A stretch of 64,000 nt of DNA from Verrucomicrobiota bacterium. Its GTDB lineage: Bacteria > Verrucomicrobiota > Verrucomicrobiia > Palsa-1439. The stretch is from NCBI GenBank assembly GCA_037127585.1, contig JBAXYB010000004.1, forward strand, positions 4,022 to 68,021, in the 5' to 3' direction. Within the stretch, counting starts at the first letter, position 1; each line of letters begins with the position of its first letter. Positions 1 through 8,967 of the stretch are shown piece by piece. The position numbers were made by a program, and so were the translations under genes. Under the pieces are notes generated by a model, which was not told the origin of the DNA, did no database searches, and saw only the letters and a list, made by a program, of their open reading frames with translations.

Positions 1-572
1 GGCGTCAGCTTCGTCCGGCTTGACTGGCGTGGCAGCAGTCGCCGCGATGGCCGGCTCGACGCGGCGAGTCCGCGGCCGCGCTGGCGCGACGACGCGCACC
101 AGATCGTCGTAGTACAAGAATTCATCGCAATTGCTGATGAACAGATCCGCGGTGGAATTCTTCACGCCGACGCCAATGACTTTTTTCGCGTTCTCGCGCA
201 GTTTGCTCACCAAGGGCGAAAAATCAGAGTCGCCGCTGACGATGACGAATGTGTCGACGTGGCCTTTCGTGTAACACAGGTCGAGCGCGTCCACGACCAT
301 GCGGATGTCGGCGGAGTTCTTCCCCGATTGGCGCAAGTGAGGAATCTCGATGAGTTCAAACGCCGCCTCGTGCAAGTCGCGTTTGAAAACCTTGTACCGG
401 TCGAAGTCGCAGTACGCTTTCTTGACCACAATGTGGCCCTTGAGCAAAAGGCGTTCGAGGACTTTTTGCACGTTGAAGTTCGGGTAATGCGCGTCGTGGG
501 CGCCGAGCGCGATATTTTCAAGATCGAGAAATACCGCCATCGTTGCGTCGGAAGTTTGGGTACTCATGTTGG
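1..572 (-). CDS. NYN/LabA-like domain protein (3' end outside the window)
   Basis: Reverse-strand translation from the ATG at 572 reads MSTQTSDATMAVFLDLENIALGAHD...VVKKAYCDFDRYK...IVSGDSDFSPLV, which carries NYN/LabA-type motifs (DxENI, SGDSDF). The ORF runs off the window edge, which is why it is missing from the supplied ORF track. Confidence 0.6.
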
Positions 573-651
573 TGCGAGTGTATGCAAGCCCCCGCCCAAA
601 AGCAACGGCAGCGCGCTTGCACCCCGGACCCCGAATCCGTACCCTCCCAGC

Positions 652-1563
652 ATGCAAGCCATCCGTGTCCACCAATTCGGCGCGCCTGCCGTTCTGAAAT
701 TTGAAACCGTCCCGGACCTGCAACCGTCTGCCGGCCAAGTCCTCGTCCGCCTGCACGCTGTGGGCGTCAACCCAGTCGACACCTACATCCGCTCCGGCAA
801 CTACGGCGCGCTCCCGCCCCTGCCCTACACCCCGGGCAGCGACGCCGCCGGCACCACCGCCGATGGGCGACGCGTCTACCTCAGCGGCAGCCTGACCGGC
901 ACGTATGCCGAGTTCGCCCTTTGCGAACCGCGGCACCTGCATCCATTACCGGAAAGAATTTCCTTCGCCCAAGGCGCGGCGCTCGGCGTCCCGTACGCGA
1001 CCGCTTACCGGGCCTTGTTTCAAAAAGCGCGCGTCGCGCCGGGCGAAACCGTCTTAATCCACGGCGCGAGCGGTGGCGTCGGTCTGGCCGCGGTGCAGTT
1101 AGGGGTAAAACACGGTTGCCGGGTCATTGGCACTGCCGGCTCGGAACGCGGCTTGGCATTGATCCGCGACCAAGGCGCGCATCAGGTCCTCGACCATCGG
1201 CAACCGGATTACCTCGCCGGCGTGCAAGCCGACGTAATTCTGGAAATGCTGGCCAACGTGAATCTCGCCAAAGATTTCACCGCGTTGGCGAACAATGGCC
1301 GGATCGTCATCATCGGCAACCGCGGCTCAATTGAAATCAACCCGCGCGAAATCATGCGCCGGGAAGCCGTCGTGAACGGCGTCCTCCTCTTTGCCGCCAC
1401 GCCCGAAGAACTGGCCGTCAGCCACGCCGCCATCACCACCGGTCTTGCCAACGGCACCTTACGCCCCATCGTCGCCAAACAATTACCCTTGGCCGATGCG
1501 CCGACGGCACACGAAGCCGTGCTGAAACCCGGTGCTGCCGGTAAGATTATCTTACTGCCGTGA
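652..1563 (+). CDS. qor: NADPH:quinone oxidoreductase (zeta-crystallin / MDR family)
   Basis: MQAIRVHQFGAPAVLKFETVPDLQP...HAVGVNPVDTYIRSG...LIHGASGGVGLAAVQL. This is a medium-chain dehydrogenase/reductase fold with an AxxGxxG nucleotide-binding motif. Confidence 0.75.
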   Translation: MQAIRVHQFGAPAVLKFETVPDLQPSAGQVLVRLHAVGVNPVDTYIRSGNYGALPPLPYTPGSDAAGTTADGRRVYLSGSLTGTYAEFALCEPRHLHPLPERISFAQGAALGVPYATAYRALFQKARVAPGETVLIHGASGGVGLAAVQLGVKHGCRVIGTAGSERGLALIRDQGAHQVLDHRQPDYLAGVQADVILEMLANVNLAKDFTALANNGRIVIIGNRGSIEINPREIMRREAVVNGVLLFAATPEELAVSHAAITTGLANGTLRPIVAKQLPLADAPTAHEAVLKPGAAGKIILLP

Positions 1564-1616
1564 CCGCGACGACCGTCATACTTGCAATCAACCTTCCCCG
1601 CGACTAGACTCTGCCC

Positions 1617-1850
1617 ATGACGCGGATCGTCAAACAACATGCGGTGGTGCAACAAGACGGCGTGCTCGAAATCCACTCGCCCGATCTGCCGGCGGGTGCC
1701 GAAGCGGAGGTCACGGTGCACCTGCACACCCCCCGCCCGACCAACGGCCACACCATGAGCCAATATATCGGGCGAGGCACCGGTCTGTACGCGACGGCCA
1801 CGGAAGTTGACAGCTACATCCGGGAGTTGCGAGCGGAATGGCCACGCTAG
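1617..1850 (+). CDS. putative antitoxin partnering the downstream PIN toxin (VapB-like)
   Basis: A 77-aa ORF overlaps the following PIN-domain gene by 13 nt. A -35/-10-like ttgcaa...tagact lies upstream at about 1577-1607. The call rests on size and operon context only. Confidence 0.5.
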   Translation: MTRIVKQHAVVQQDGVLEIHSPDLPAGAEAEVTVHLHTPRPTNGHTMSQYIGRGTGLYATATEVDSYIRELRAEWPR

Positions 1851-2281
1851 ACTTGCCGGCCGGCTCGCGCGTCTATCTCGACGCCAACATCTTCATCTAC
1901 GCTGTCGAACGCATCCCACCCTATGATTCCCTTTTGCGCCCGCTATTTACTCGCTTCGACCGCGACGAACTCGATCCAGTAACCAGTCAACTCACCTTGG
2001 CCGAAGTCTTGGTGAAGCCCATCCAAGTTAACTCCGTGGCGGATAAGGAAGCCTATCTATCCTTGTTGGCCACTGACGGCCCGCTCGAAGTTGTTCCGGT
2101 AGATCGAGACATTCTTATTGCCGCCGCCACGCTCCGCGCCCAACGTAAGATTCTGCTCGCGGACGCCATCCACGTCGCCACCGCCGTCGAATATGACTGC
2201 AACTATTTTCTGACCAATGACCAGCGGCTCAAACTATTGCCCGACGTTCAGGTTCTCCTCCTCAGCGACTACACGCCGTAG
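1838..2281 (+). CDS. vapC: PIN-domain toxin (VapC family)
   Basis: The N-terminus reads YLDANIFIY and the protein is about 147 aa with the conserved acidic residues of a PIN domain. It is translationally coupled to the upstream small ORF. Confidence 0.7.
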   Translation: MATLDLPAGSRVYLDANIFIYAVERIPPYDSLLRPLFTRFDRDELDPVTSQLTLAEVLVKPIQVNSVADKEAYLSLLATDGPLEVVPVDRDILIAAATLRAQRKILLADAIHVATAVEYDCNYFLTNDQRLKLLPDVQVLLLSDYTP

Positions 2282-2476
2282 AACTTCGCCCGCGTGGTCG
2301 GCCCGCCGGTGATGACGTTGACCGTGCAGAAGAAGAACCCCAAAGCCGTGACCTTGTACACGAAGATGGGTTTCCAGATCATCCGTGAACAACCGCGGGC
2401 GGAAGACGGCGAACCGGAATTACTACATGGAGCGGCGTGTCCGTTAGCTGGCAACGAAATGGTAAGATCGTATTGA
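2282..2476 (+). pseudogene. remnant of a GNAT acetyltransferase C-terminus
   Basis: The frame immediately after the vapC stop reads NFARVVGPPVMTLTVQKKNPKAVTLYTKMGFQIIREQ. This is a GNAT C-terminal motif (xxNxxAxxLYxKxGF) with no N-terminal acetyl-CoA-binding half. Confidence 0.4.
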
Positions 2477-2514
2477 TTCCGTGACGTGAAGCACATCGTC
2501 TTGCTCGGTGCTTT

Positions 2515-3246
2515 TCATTTTGGCTTCTGGGTGTTGTCCGGCGGTGCTTGTTGCATTGCTTTAACAGTCATGGGCGCAGTTTTCGACATTCCATTGAGCG
2601 TCTCGATGGCCAATACAAGAGCCAGTTTGTGGTCGATTGCTGAGGCTACCATCTTCAGAATCTCCGCCAAGCTCTCAGTCGCTACCCTCAAGCATCTTGT
2701 CTTGTCCTCACGGATTGGAGAAAGAATCTCATCAACACGAACTCTCGTTTCATACCCCACACGCAATGGGGGAATAAAAGGGAAATGGTCTTTATCAACC
2801 GACAACGGGACTTTTCCCCAATCGGCAGGATTCCCCACCCGAGCCGCATATTGCTTGAACACTTGGGACAACACCGGGAAGTCTTCGTCAGTATAAACGC
2901 GGGCATCCAATCGCCCGCGGAGTACGCCCACAATCGAATTCGTCGGGACCTGCTCGACGCTTACGTCCGAAACATCACCACAAATCAATTCGTTTACCTT
3001 CGTGGAGAAGACTCGTGATCCGGGGGCAAGCTCATGATCTCGCAGAGGAAAATCTCCAGCAGCGTCAATACACCGCTCTGCCACAATGGTTGCAGCGGCG
3101 CTAATCGCATCCTCAACTCTAATGCGACCGTTTTGGTCGCGGAGAATGCCGAGAATAAGGTCGACCAATTTCTGACGCAAAGGCGAATCAATCGACTCCG
3201 ACGGTTTACCACCGGAGCCTTTGCGGAAGCTGTCAAAAATACTCAT
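2515..3246 (-). CDS. hypothetical protein (orphan, lies in the low-GC islet)
   Basis: A 243-aa ORF from the ATG at 3246 (MSIFDSFRKGSGGKPSE...). I recognise no motif. Local GC is about 45-50%, against more than 60% in the flanks. Confidence 0.45.
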   Translation of the reverse strand: MSIFDSFRKGSGGKPSESIDSPLRQKLVDLILGILRDQNGRIRVEDAISAAATIVAERCIDAAGDFPLRDHELAPGSRVFSTKVNELICGDVSDVSVEQVPTNSIVGVLRGRLDARVYTDEDFPVLSQVFKQYAARVGNPADWGKVPLSVDKDHFPFIPPLRVGYETRVRVDEILSPIREDKTRCLRVATESLAEILKMVASAIDHKLALVLAIETLNGMSKTAPMTVKAMQQAPPDNTQKPK

Positions 3247-3327
3247 GACATCACGATCCGCCGCGCCTGCTGCTGGGCGAGCAGGCACAACTCGGCGGCT
3301 TTGAACACGTGCGTTTGCGTCATGATG

Positions 3328-3729
3328 TCAGCCCCGGTAGGTGGCGTACGACGTCGGCGTTTCCCAGAGGCGGACTTCGACTACCGGCAGGCCTTCCGTC
3401 CGCGCGTGGTCGTAGATGAGTTTGGCGATGTTCTCCGCGGTCGGATTCTCCTCCATCACGACGTAGAGTTCGCCACTCTGTTGGAGCGTCGGCAACAGTG
3501 GGTCGGCTTTGTTGAGGAGCATCCGGTGATCGAGAGTGTCGTCAATCCATGCTTTCAGGATGCGTTTGATGTCGGCGAAATCGACAACCATGCCGCGCGC
3601 GTCGAGCTGGGCGGATTCGATGTCGATTTCGACGCGACCATTGTGGCCATGGAGGTGTTTGCACTGGCCGTCGTAGTTGAGGAGCCGGTGACCGTAACAG
3701 AAATCAATGTGTTTGGTGACTTTGAACAT
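3328..3729 (-). CDS. queD: 6-carboxy-5,6,7,8-tetrahydropterin synthase / 6-pyruvoyl-tetrahydropterin synthase (QueD/PTPS family)
   Basis: MFKVTKHIDFCYGHRLLNYDGQCKHLHGHNGRVEI contains the CxxHRL...HGHN zinc/catalytic signature of the PTPS family. Confidence 0.8.
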   Translation of the reverse strand: MFKVTKHIDFCYGHRLLNYDGQCKHLHGHNGRVEIDIESAQLDARGMVVDFADIKRILKAWIDDTLDHRMLLNKADPLLPTLQQSGELYVVMEENPTAENIAKLIYDHARTEGLPVVEVRLWETPTSYATYRG

Positions 3730-3776
3730 AGCGATGGGAGTGTAACCGCCAAGCCACCAAGAACGCCAAGAATTTC

Positions 3777-4511
3777 TCAGTTACCGGCAATCAGTCGTCC
3801 ACCGTCCACCATCAACGTGTGCCCGGTGATGAAGTCGCTGCCTTCGATGAGGAACAACACCGAGTTGACGATGTCCTGCGGCGAGCCGAGGCGTTTGACG
3901 ACGGTGGCTTGGATAACTTGCCGGGTCTGTTGAGGGGTAAAATCCTCCGGCAAGAGGACGGGGCCGGGAGCGATGGCGTTGACTTGGACCCGCGGGGCGA
4001 GTTCTTTCGCGAGCGCTTTGGTCAGGCAAATGATGCCGGCTTTCGAGACAAGGTAGGGCAAATAATGTTGATAGGGACGGACGGCGGCCCAATCGGCGAA
4101 AAGGATGATCTTGCCGGGGCGTTTCATTTGTTTGCCGACTTCGAGGGAAAACAGAAACGGGCCCTTGAGGTTCGCGTCGATGTGAAAATCCCAATCGGCT
4201 TCCGTCAGCTTCGCGAACGGGGTGCGTTCGTAGACGGCGGCACTGGCGACGAGGATGTCGATATGACCAAAATACCGGCGGGCTTTGGCAACCGCAGCCG
4301 CGACTTGCCGGGCTTTGGCTTGGTCGGCTTTCACGGCCAACGCATCGACGCCGAGTGCTTTGATTTCAGCAACAACTTGCCGGGCTTCGGCGGCGGAGGT
4401 GTTGTAGTGGACGATAATATTGGCACCGCGCTTCGCGAGGGCGAGGGCGATTTCGCGGCCGATGCGTTTACCGGCGCCAGTGACCAATGCAGTTTTACCG
4501 GTGAGTTTCAT
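3777..4511 (-). CDS. SDR-family oxidoreductase (pteridine-reductase-like)
   Basis: The N-terminus LVTGAGKRIGREIA is a TGxxxRIG motif typical of the PTR1/FolM subgroup of SDRs, with a YxxxK catalytic motif (YLVSK). It is adjacent to the PTPS-family gene. Confidence 0.7.
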   Translation of the reverse strand: MKLTGKTALVTGAGKRIGREIALALAKRGANIIVHYNTSAAEARQVVAEIKALGVDALAVKADQAKARQVAAAVAKARRYFGHIDILVASAAVYERTPFAKLTEADWDFHIDANLKGPFLFSLEVGKQMKRPGKIILFADWAAVRPYQHYLPYLVSKAGIICLTKALAKELAPRVQVNAIAPGPVLLPEDFTPQQTRQVIQATVVKRLGSPQDIVNSVLFLIEGSDFITGHTLMVDGGRLIAGN

Positions 4512-4528
4512 GTTGCGACTCTAACATA

Positions 4529-4554
4529 TTTTAACGCTTTTAACGGTTTTAACG
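4529..4554. promoter_or_regulatory. three tandem TTTTAACG repeats at 9-bp spacing in a divergent promoter region
   Basis: ttttaacgc ttttaacgg ttttaacgt lies between the SDR gene start (4511, minus strand) and the secreted-protein gene start (4574, plus strand). Confidence 0.4.
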
Positions 4555-4573
4555 TTTCGCTATAGTCCGCGCC

Positions 4574-4942
4574 ATGAAAGTCAAAGCTCTTGCGGTAGTG
4601 TTCCTCATGTTCGCCGCCATGGCGCACGCCGACAACGCCACGCTGATGGAAAGCTCCAACAACGACCAGCCACCCAGCGGGCACAACGCGCTCCGCAAAC
4701 TCGGGCGTGGTTTTTCCAATCTGTTATTCGGCATTGCCGAAGTCCCCAACCAGGTCACCAAGACAACCGCCGAAAAAGGCGGCGCTGCCGGCGTGACGTA
4801 TGGCTTTGGCAAGGGCCTCGTCCGCTGGCTCTGTCGCGAAGTCGTGGGCGTGTATGAGATCGTCACCTTCCCCATCCCGGCGCCGCGCTACTACAAGCCG
4901 GTCATGCGACCCGAGTTCCCAAATGAAGATTACGAACCGTAG
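4574..4942 (+). CDS. small secreted hypothetical protein
   Basis: An N-terminal signal peptide (MKVKALAVVFLMFAAMAHA) precedes a 122-aa protein with no assignable domain. Confidence 0.5.
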   Translation: MKVKALAVVFLMFAAMAHADNATLMESSNNDQPPSGHNALRKLGRGFSNLLFGIAEVPNQVTKTTAEKGGAAGVTYGFGKGLVRWLCREVVGVYEIVTFPIPAPRYYKPVMRPEFPNEDYEP

Positions 4943-5705
4943 CCTCTTGACCGCGGTCCTGCTGGGTGTAGTGGCGTCCGTCCCGAACGCAGTCTTTGCC
5001 GCCGAGACGGCGGACGCTACACCAATTGTTGCCGGCGATGCGGCCCTCGCTAAATTTGAACTCGACGATGCGATCAGCGCGTACCGGCTCGCACTGAGCC
5101 AGAAACCCTACGACTACGAAGCGTCGTGGAAACTGGCGCGCGCACTCCTCGACAAGAGCACGCTGACCAAAGATCTCACGACACAAAAGTCGTTGATCAC
5201 CCAAGGCGAAGTCCTCGCGCGCCGTGCTGTGCAATCGAATCCATCCGACTCGAAAGGCCATCTCTACTTGTCCATCGCCGTCGGCAAGCTCGCGTTGTTC
5301 GAGGGCGGCAAACGCAAAATCGAACTCTCGAAGGAAGTGAAAACCGAAGCCGAGAAAGCCATCGAGTTGAACGTGCAGGAGGACGGCGCCTACCATGTGC
5401 TGGGCATCTGGCATCGCGAGATGGCCACGCTGAATTTCATCCTGAAGAACTTCGCCGAATTCTTCTATGGCGACTTCCCGCCGGCCTCGCTGGCCGAGGC
5501 GGAGAAGAACTTACGCAAAGCCACGGAACTCGTGCCGACGGCCGTCATCCACAAAGTCGAACTCGGCATCACGTTGCGCATCGCCAGAAAACCCACCGAA
5601 GCGAAAACGATTCTGGAAGACGCACTGAAAATGCCGAAGACGTGGGTGACCGACGACTACTACAAAGCGCTGGCCACCGAGAACCTCGCCCGCCTCAAAA
5701 AGTAG
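4923..5705 (+). CDS. secreted helical-repeat (TPR-like) hypothetical protein
   Basis: The ATG at 4923 opens MKITNRSLLTAVLLGVVASVPNAVFA, a signal peptide, followed by helical repeats. It overlaps the previous gene by 20 nt. Confidence 0.5.
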   Translation: MKITNRSLLTAVLLGVVASVPNAVFAAETADATPIVAGDAALAKFELDDAISAYRLALSQKPYDYEASWKLARALLDKSTLTKDLTTQKSLITQGEVLARRAVQSNPSDSKGHLYLSIAVGKLALFEGGKRKIELSKEVKTEAEKAIELNVQEDGAYHVLGIWHREMATLNFILKNFAEFFYGDFPPASLAEAEKNLRKATELVPTAVIHKVELGITLRIARKPTEAKTILEDALKMPKTWVTDDYYKALATENLARLKK

Positions 5706-5708
5706 GCC

Positions 5709-7037
5709 ATGCCGGCAGTGCCCAATCAGGTCCTGAGCGTCTCCGAACTGACCCGCCGCATCAAAGGTCTGCTCGAAGGCCAGTTCTCTTCACTCTGGGT
5801 CGAAGGCGAAATCTCCAACTTTGCCACCGCGCCGTCGGGTCACTGTTACTTCACGCTCAAGGACGCCAACGCCCAACTCTCCGCCGTCATGTTTCGCGGC
5901 GTCGCCGGCAAGCTGAACTTCAACGTCGCCGATGGCCAACAAGTCCTCGCCCGCGGCGAGATCAGCGTTTACGAACGCCGCGGCCAATATCAAATCATCG
6001 TCACGCAACTCCAGCCGAAGGGCCTCGGCGCGTTGCAGCTCGCGTTCGAGCAACTCAAACAGAAACTTGCCGCCGAAGGTTTGTTCGATCCCGCCCGCAA
6101 GAAACCCTTACCGGTTTTGCCGCAACGCATCGGCGTGGTCACCTCGCCGACCGGCGCGGCCATCCGGGATTTCCTCAACATCCTCAACCGCAGGTACCCG
6201 AACCGGCATGTCATCATCAACCCGGTCCGAGTCCAAGGCGACGGCGCGGCTCAGGAAATCGCTGCCGCCATCGACCAGTTCAACGCGCTCGACCTCGTTG
6301 ATGTCATCGTCATCACGCGCGGCGGCGGGTCGCTCGAAGATTTGTGGGCGTTCAACGAGGAAGTTGTCGCGCGCGCCATTGCCCGGTCGCGCCTCCCGAC
6401 GATCTCGGCGGTCGGCCACGAAATTGATTTCACCATTGCCGACTTCGTAGCCGACCTCCGCGCGCCGACGCCCAGCGCCGCCGCCGAGTTGGTCGTCCGC
6501 GCGAAGGAGGAGTTCATCGCCGAGCTCCGGCAACTGCAACAACGGCTCGATAAAGATTTGCGTTGGCGCGTCAGCGAAGCGCGGCGCCGGCTGGCCGATT
6601 GCGTCCTGCGACAGCCGGGCGAACTGGTCCGGCAGTACCAACAGCGCGTCGATGATCTCGATCACCGCTTGGAGCACGCCACCGGTAACATTCTCGGAAC
6701 GCAACGCCACCGGCTCAAGACCGCGACCGGCACGTTGAAGTTGCTCACGCCGCAGACCTTTGTCCGGCAACTCCGCCACCGCGTCGACGCCCACGAGCAG
6801 CGGCTGACGACGGAGTTGGCGCGGCACCGGCAAGCGATCCGGCATCGCCTCGGCTCGTTGACCGGCAAGTTGGAGTTGCTCAGCCCCAAGTCCACCCTCG
6901 CCCGTGGCTACAGCATCACCCGCACAGCGGACGGCAAGATCGTGAAAACCGTGAGAACCGTGAAACCGGGACTGCCGGTCCGGACGCTGGTGACCGATGG
7001 CGAGTTTGATTCGGTCGTTTCACGTCGGTCGGAGTAG
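5709..7037 (+). CDS. xseA: exodeoxyribonuclease VII large subunit
   Basis: The N-terminal OB fold (LSVSELTRRIKGLLEGQFSSLWVEGEISNF) and the protein length of about 440 aa match XseA. Confidence 0.85.
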   Translation: MPAVPNQVLSVSELTRRIKGLLEGQFSSLWVEGEISNFATAPSGHCYFTLKDANAQLSAVMFRGVAGKLNFNVADGQQVLARGEISVYERRGQYQIIVTQLQPKGLGALQLAFEQLKQKLAAEGLFDPARKKPLPVLPQRIGVVTSPTGAAIRDFLNILNRRYPNRHVIINPVRVQGDGAAQEIAAAIDQFNALDLVDVIVITRGGGSLEDLWAFNEEVVARAIARSRLPTISAVGHEIDFTIADFVADLRAPTPSAAAELVVRAKEEFIAELRQLQQRLDKDLRWRVSEARRRLADCVLRQPGELVRQYQQRVDDLDHRLEHATGNILGTQRHRLKTATGTLKLLTPQTFVRQLRHRVDAHEQRLTTELARHRQAIRHRLGSLTGKLELLSPKSTLARGYSITRTADGKIVKTVRTVKPGLPVRTLVTDGEFDSVVSRRSE

Positions 7038-7077
7038 CCGCGAGCGCCAGCGAGTGGATTCCGTGGCTCGCAGCTAC
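7034..7077. repeat. REP-like hairpin (GTAGCCGCGAGC...GCTCGCAGCTAC) overlapping the xseA stop codon
   Basis: A 12-nt stem with a 20-nt loop whose 5' GTAG coincides with the xseA TAG stop. The motif is related to the copies at 22051 and 53416. Confidence 0.5.
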
Positions 7078-7150
7078 AGCGCGATTTGCGAAATAGCTCT
7101 GCCGGGAGAGGGTTTTGCGCTAGAGTGCCCGGCTCTGAAAGACTTACCCT

Positions 7151-8908
7151 ATGACACCTAAATTATTCTCTGAACTCGGCCTATCGGCTGAACTGCTGAA
7201 AGCCATCGATAAACTCGGGTTCGAGCAGGCGTCGCCCATTCAGGCGGCAGCGATACCGGTGTTGATGCAGGGGCACGATATCGTGGGGCAATCGCAGACG
7301 GGCTCCGGCAAGACGGCGGCGTTTGCGGTGCCGGCGATTGAGAAGATCGACGCGACGGTGCGCACGGTGCAGGTGCTGATTCTGTGTCCGACGCGGGAAC
7401 TGGCGGTGCAGGTGTCGGAAGAGGTCCACAAGCTGGCGGAGTTCAAGCGCGGCGTCCGTGCGTTGCCGGTGTATGGCGGACAGTCGTACGAGCGACAGTT
7501 TCAGGGATTGAAACAGGGCGTGCAGATCGTGATCGGGACGCCGGGGCGCGTGATGGATCATATGCGGCGCGGGACTCTCCGTCTGGATGCGCTGAAGATG
7601 GTGATTCTCGACGAAGCCGATGTGATGTTGGACATGGGGTTTCGTGATGACATCGAGATTATTCTCAAGGGCACACCGGCGGAACGACAGACTGTTTTCT
7701 TTTCGGCGACGATGCCGCCGGCGATTCAGCAGTTGATCAAGAAGTACGCGCGCACGCCGCAGAACGTCCGCATCGAGGAGAAGACGATGACGGTGTCGAC
7801 GGTCGAGCAGATCTATTACGAGATCGACCGGCGCTTCAAAGTGGAATTGCTGACGCGGCTCATCGACATTCACGATTTCAAACTCGGCATCATCTTCTGC
7901 AACACGAAACGGACGGTGGACGACCTCGTCACGCACTTGAACGCACAGGGCTATTCAGCGGAGGGCTTGCACGGCGACATGAATCAGGCGGTGCGCGACC
8001 GGGTGATGAACAAGTTCCGCAAGTCGGGGCTCGAATTTCTCGTGGCCACCGACATCGCCGCGCGCGGCATCGACGTGGACGACGTTCAGGTAGTGTTCAA
8101 CTACGACTTGCCGTACGACTCGGAAGATTATCTCCACCGGATCGGTCGAACCGGCCGCGCGGGTCGGAGCGGACAGGCGATCGCGTTCGTGTCAGGCCGG
8201 GAAGTCTATGCGATCCAGCACATCGAACGGTTCACCCGCACGCGGATGAAGCGCGGCAAACCGCCGACGATCGAGGAAGTGGACGAAGCGCGCGCGAATG
8301 TGTTCCTGAACAAACTGCGCGTCACGTTGCAGAGCGGTAAATTCATCCGGCAAGATCACTTTATCGAGCGGCTCTTGGAAGAAGGTTTTACCACGACCGA
8401 CATCGCCTCGGCCTTGCTGCATCATCTGGCCGGCGGCGAAACTCCCGCCACACCAGCTCCCGGCAAACCCAGCTTGAAAAAAGACCGCCGGGAGGGCGAG
8501 GCTCCCGCCGAGCCGCGGCCCGTTACTAAACTCGCGTCTGCTCCGGCAGCCATCGTCAAACCAACTCCGCCGGCCTCCAAGCCGGTTCATCACCCGGCCA
8601 TCCCTCGCCCGCCGGCCGCGAGACCCAGCGACCCGCGCCCCGGTCAGGCACCGCCCCACAGCCGGCGGACGCCCGCCCACCAAACCCGGCTCTTCCTTAG
8701 TGTCGGCGAAGAAATGGGCATGACCCCCGGCCATGTCGTCGGCGCCATTCTCGGCGAAACTGGCTTGAACCCGGACGCCATCGGCACAGTGGATATCCGG
8801 GCCCGGCATCTGTTTGTGGACGTCGCCACCGAACACGCCGCGCTGGTGGTCAAGAAGCTCAATCGCACCCGCATCAAAGGCCATCCGCTGAAAGCTAAAT
8901 TGGCGTGA
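7151..8908 (+). CDS. deaD: DEAD-box ATP-dependent RNA helicase (DeaD/CsdA-like with a C-terminal DbpA-type RNA-binding domain)
   Basis: The Q-motif region, Walker A (GSGKT), DEAD, SAT and HRIGRTGRAG motifs are all present, followed by a C-terminal extension. Confidence 0.85.
   Translation: MTPKLFSELGLSAELLKAIDKLGFEQASPIQAAAIPVLMQGHDIVGQSQTGSGKTAAFAVPAIEKIDATVRTVQVLILCPTRELAVQVSEEVHKLAEFKRGVRALPVYGGQSYERQFQGLKQGVQIVIGTPGRVMDHMRRGTLRLDALKMVILDEADVMLDMGFRDDIEIILKGTPAERQTVFFSATMPPAIQQLIKKYARTPQNVRIEEKTMTVSTVEQIYYEIDRRFKVELLTRLIDIHDFKLGIIFCNTKRTVDDLVTHLNAQGYSAEGLHGDMNQAVRDRVMNKFRKSGLEFLVATDIAARGIDVDDVQVVFNYDLPYDSEDYLHRIGRTGRAGRSGQAIAFVSGREVYAIQHIERFTRTRMKRGKPPTIEEVDEARANVFLNKLRVTLQSGKFIRQDHFIERLLEEGFTTTDIASALLHHLAGGETPATPAPGKPSLKKDRREGEAPAEPRPVTKLASAPAAIVKPTPPASKPVHHPAIPRPPAARPSDPRPGQAPPHSRRTPAHQTRLFLSVGEEMGMTPGHVVGAILGETGLNPDAIGTVDIRARHLFVDVATEHAALVVKKLNRTRIKGHPLKAKLA
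8488..8518. repeat. family-A palindrome half-site (CCGGGAGGGCGAGGCTCCCGCCGAGCCGCGG) in-frame inside deaD
   Basis: 30 of 31 nt are identical to the left arm of the intergenic palindrome at 38802. It is translated as REGEAPAEPR in the DeaD C-terminal linker. Confidence 0.6.
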
Positions 8909-8967
8909 GCGGGCAAGTTGCGCGCTTGCTACCGTCTCCAGCCCTGTGGTAACGTCCGCCCCGAAAT

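Noticed and set aside
5126-6301. A 391-aa plus-strand ORF, together with many other long ORFs in the track such as 921-1334, 6108-6845 (minus), 7181-7936 (minus), 35108-36190 (minus) and 53862-56963 (plus, antisense to dnaE).
   Set aside because: They are Arg/Pro/Ala-rich low-complexity translations in alternative frames or antisense to clearly conserved genes (xseA, deaD, the aminotransferase, dnaE). This is the usual artefact of high-GC DNA, and none carries a recognisable motif.
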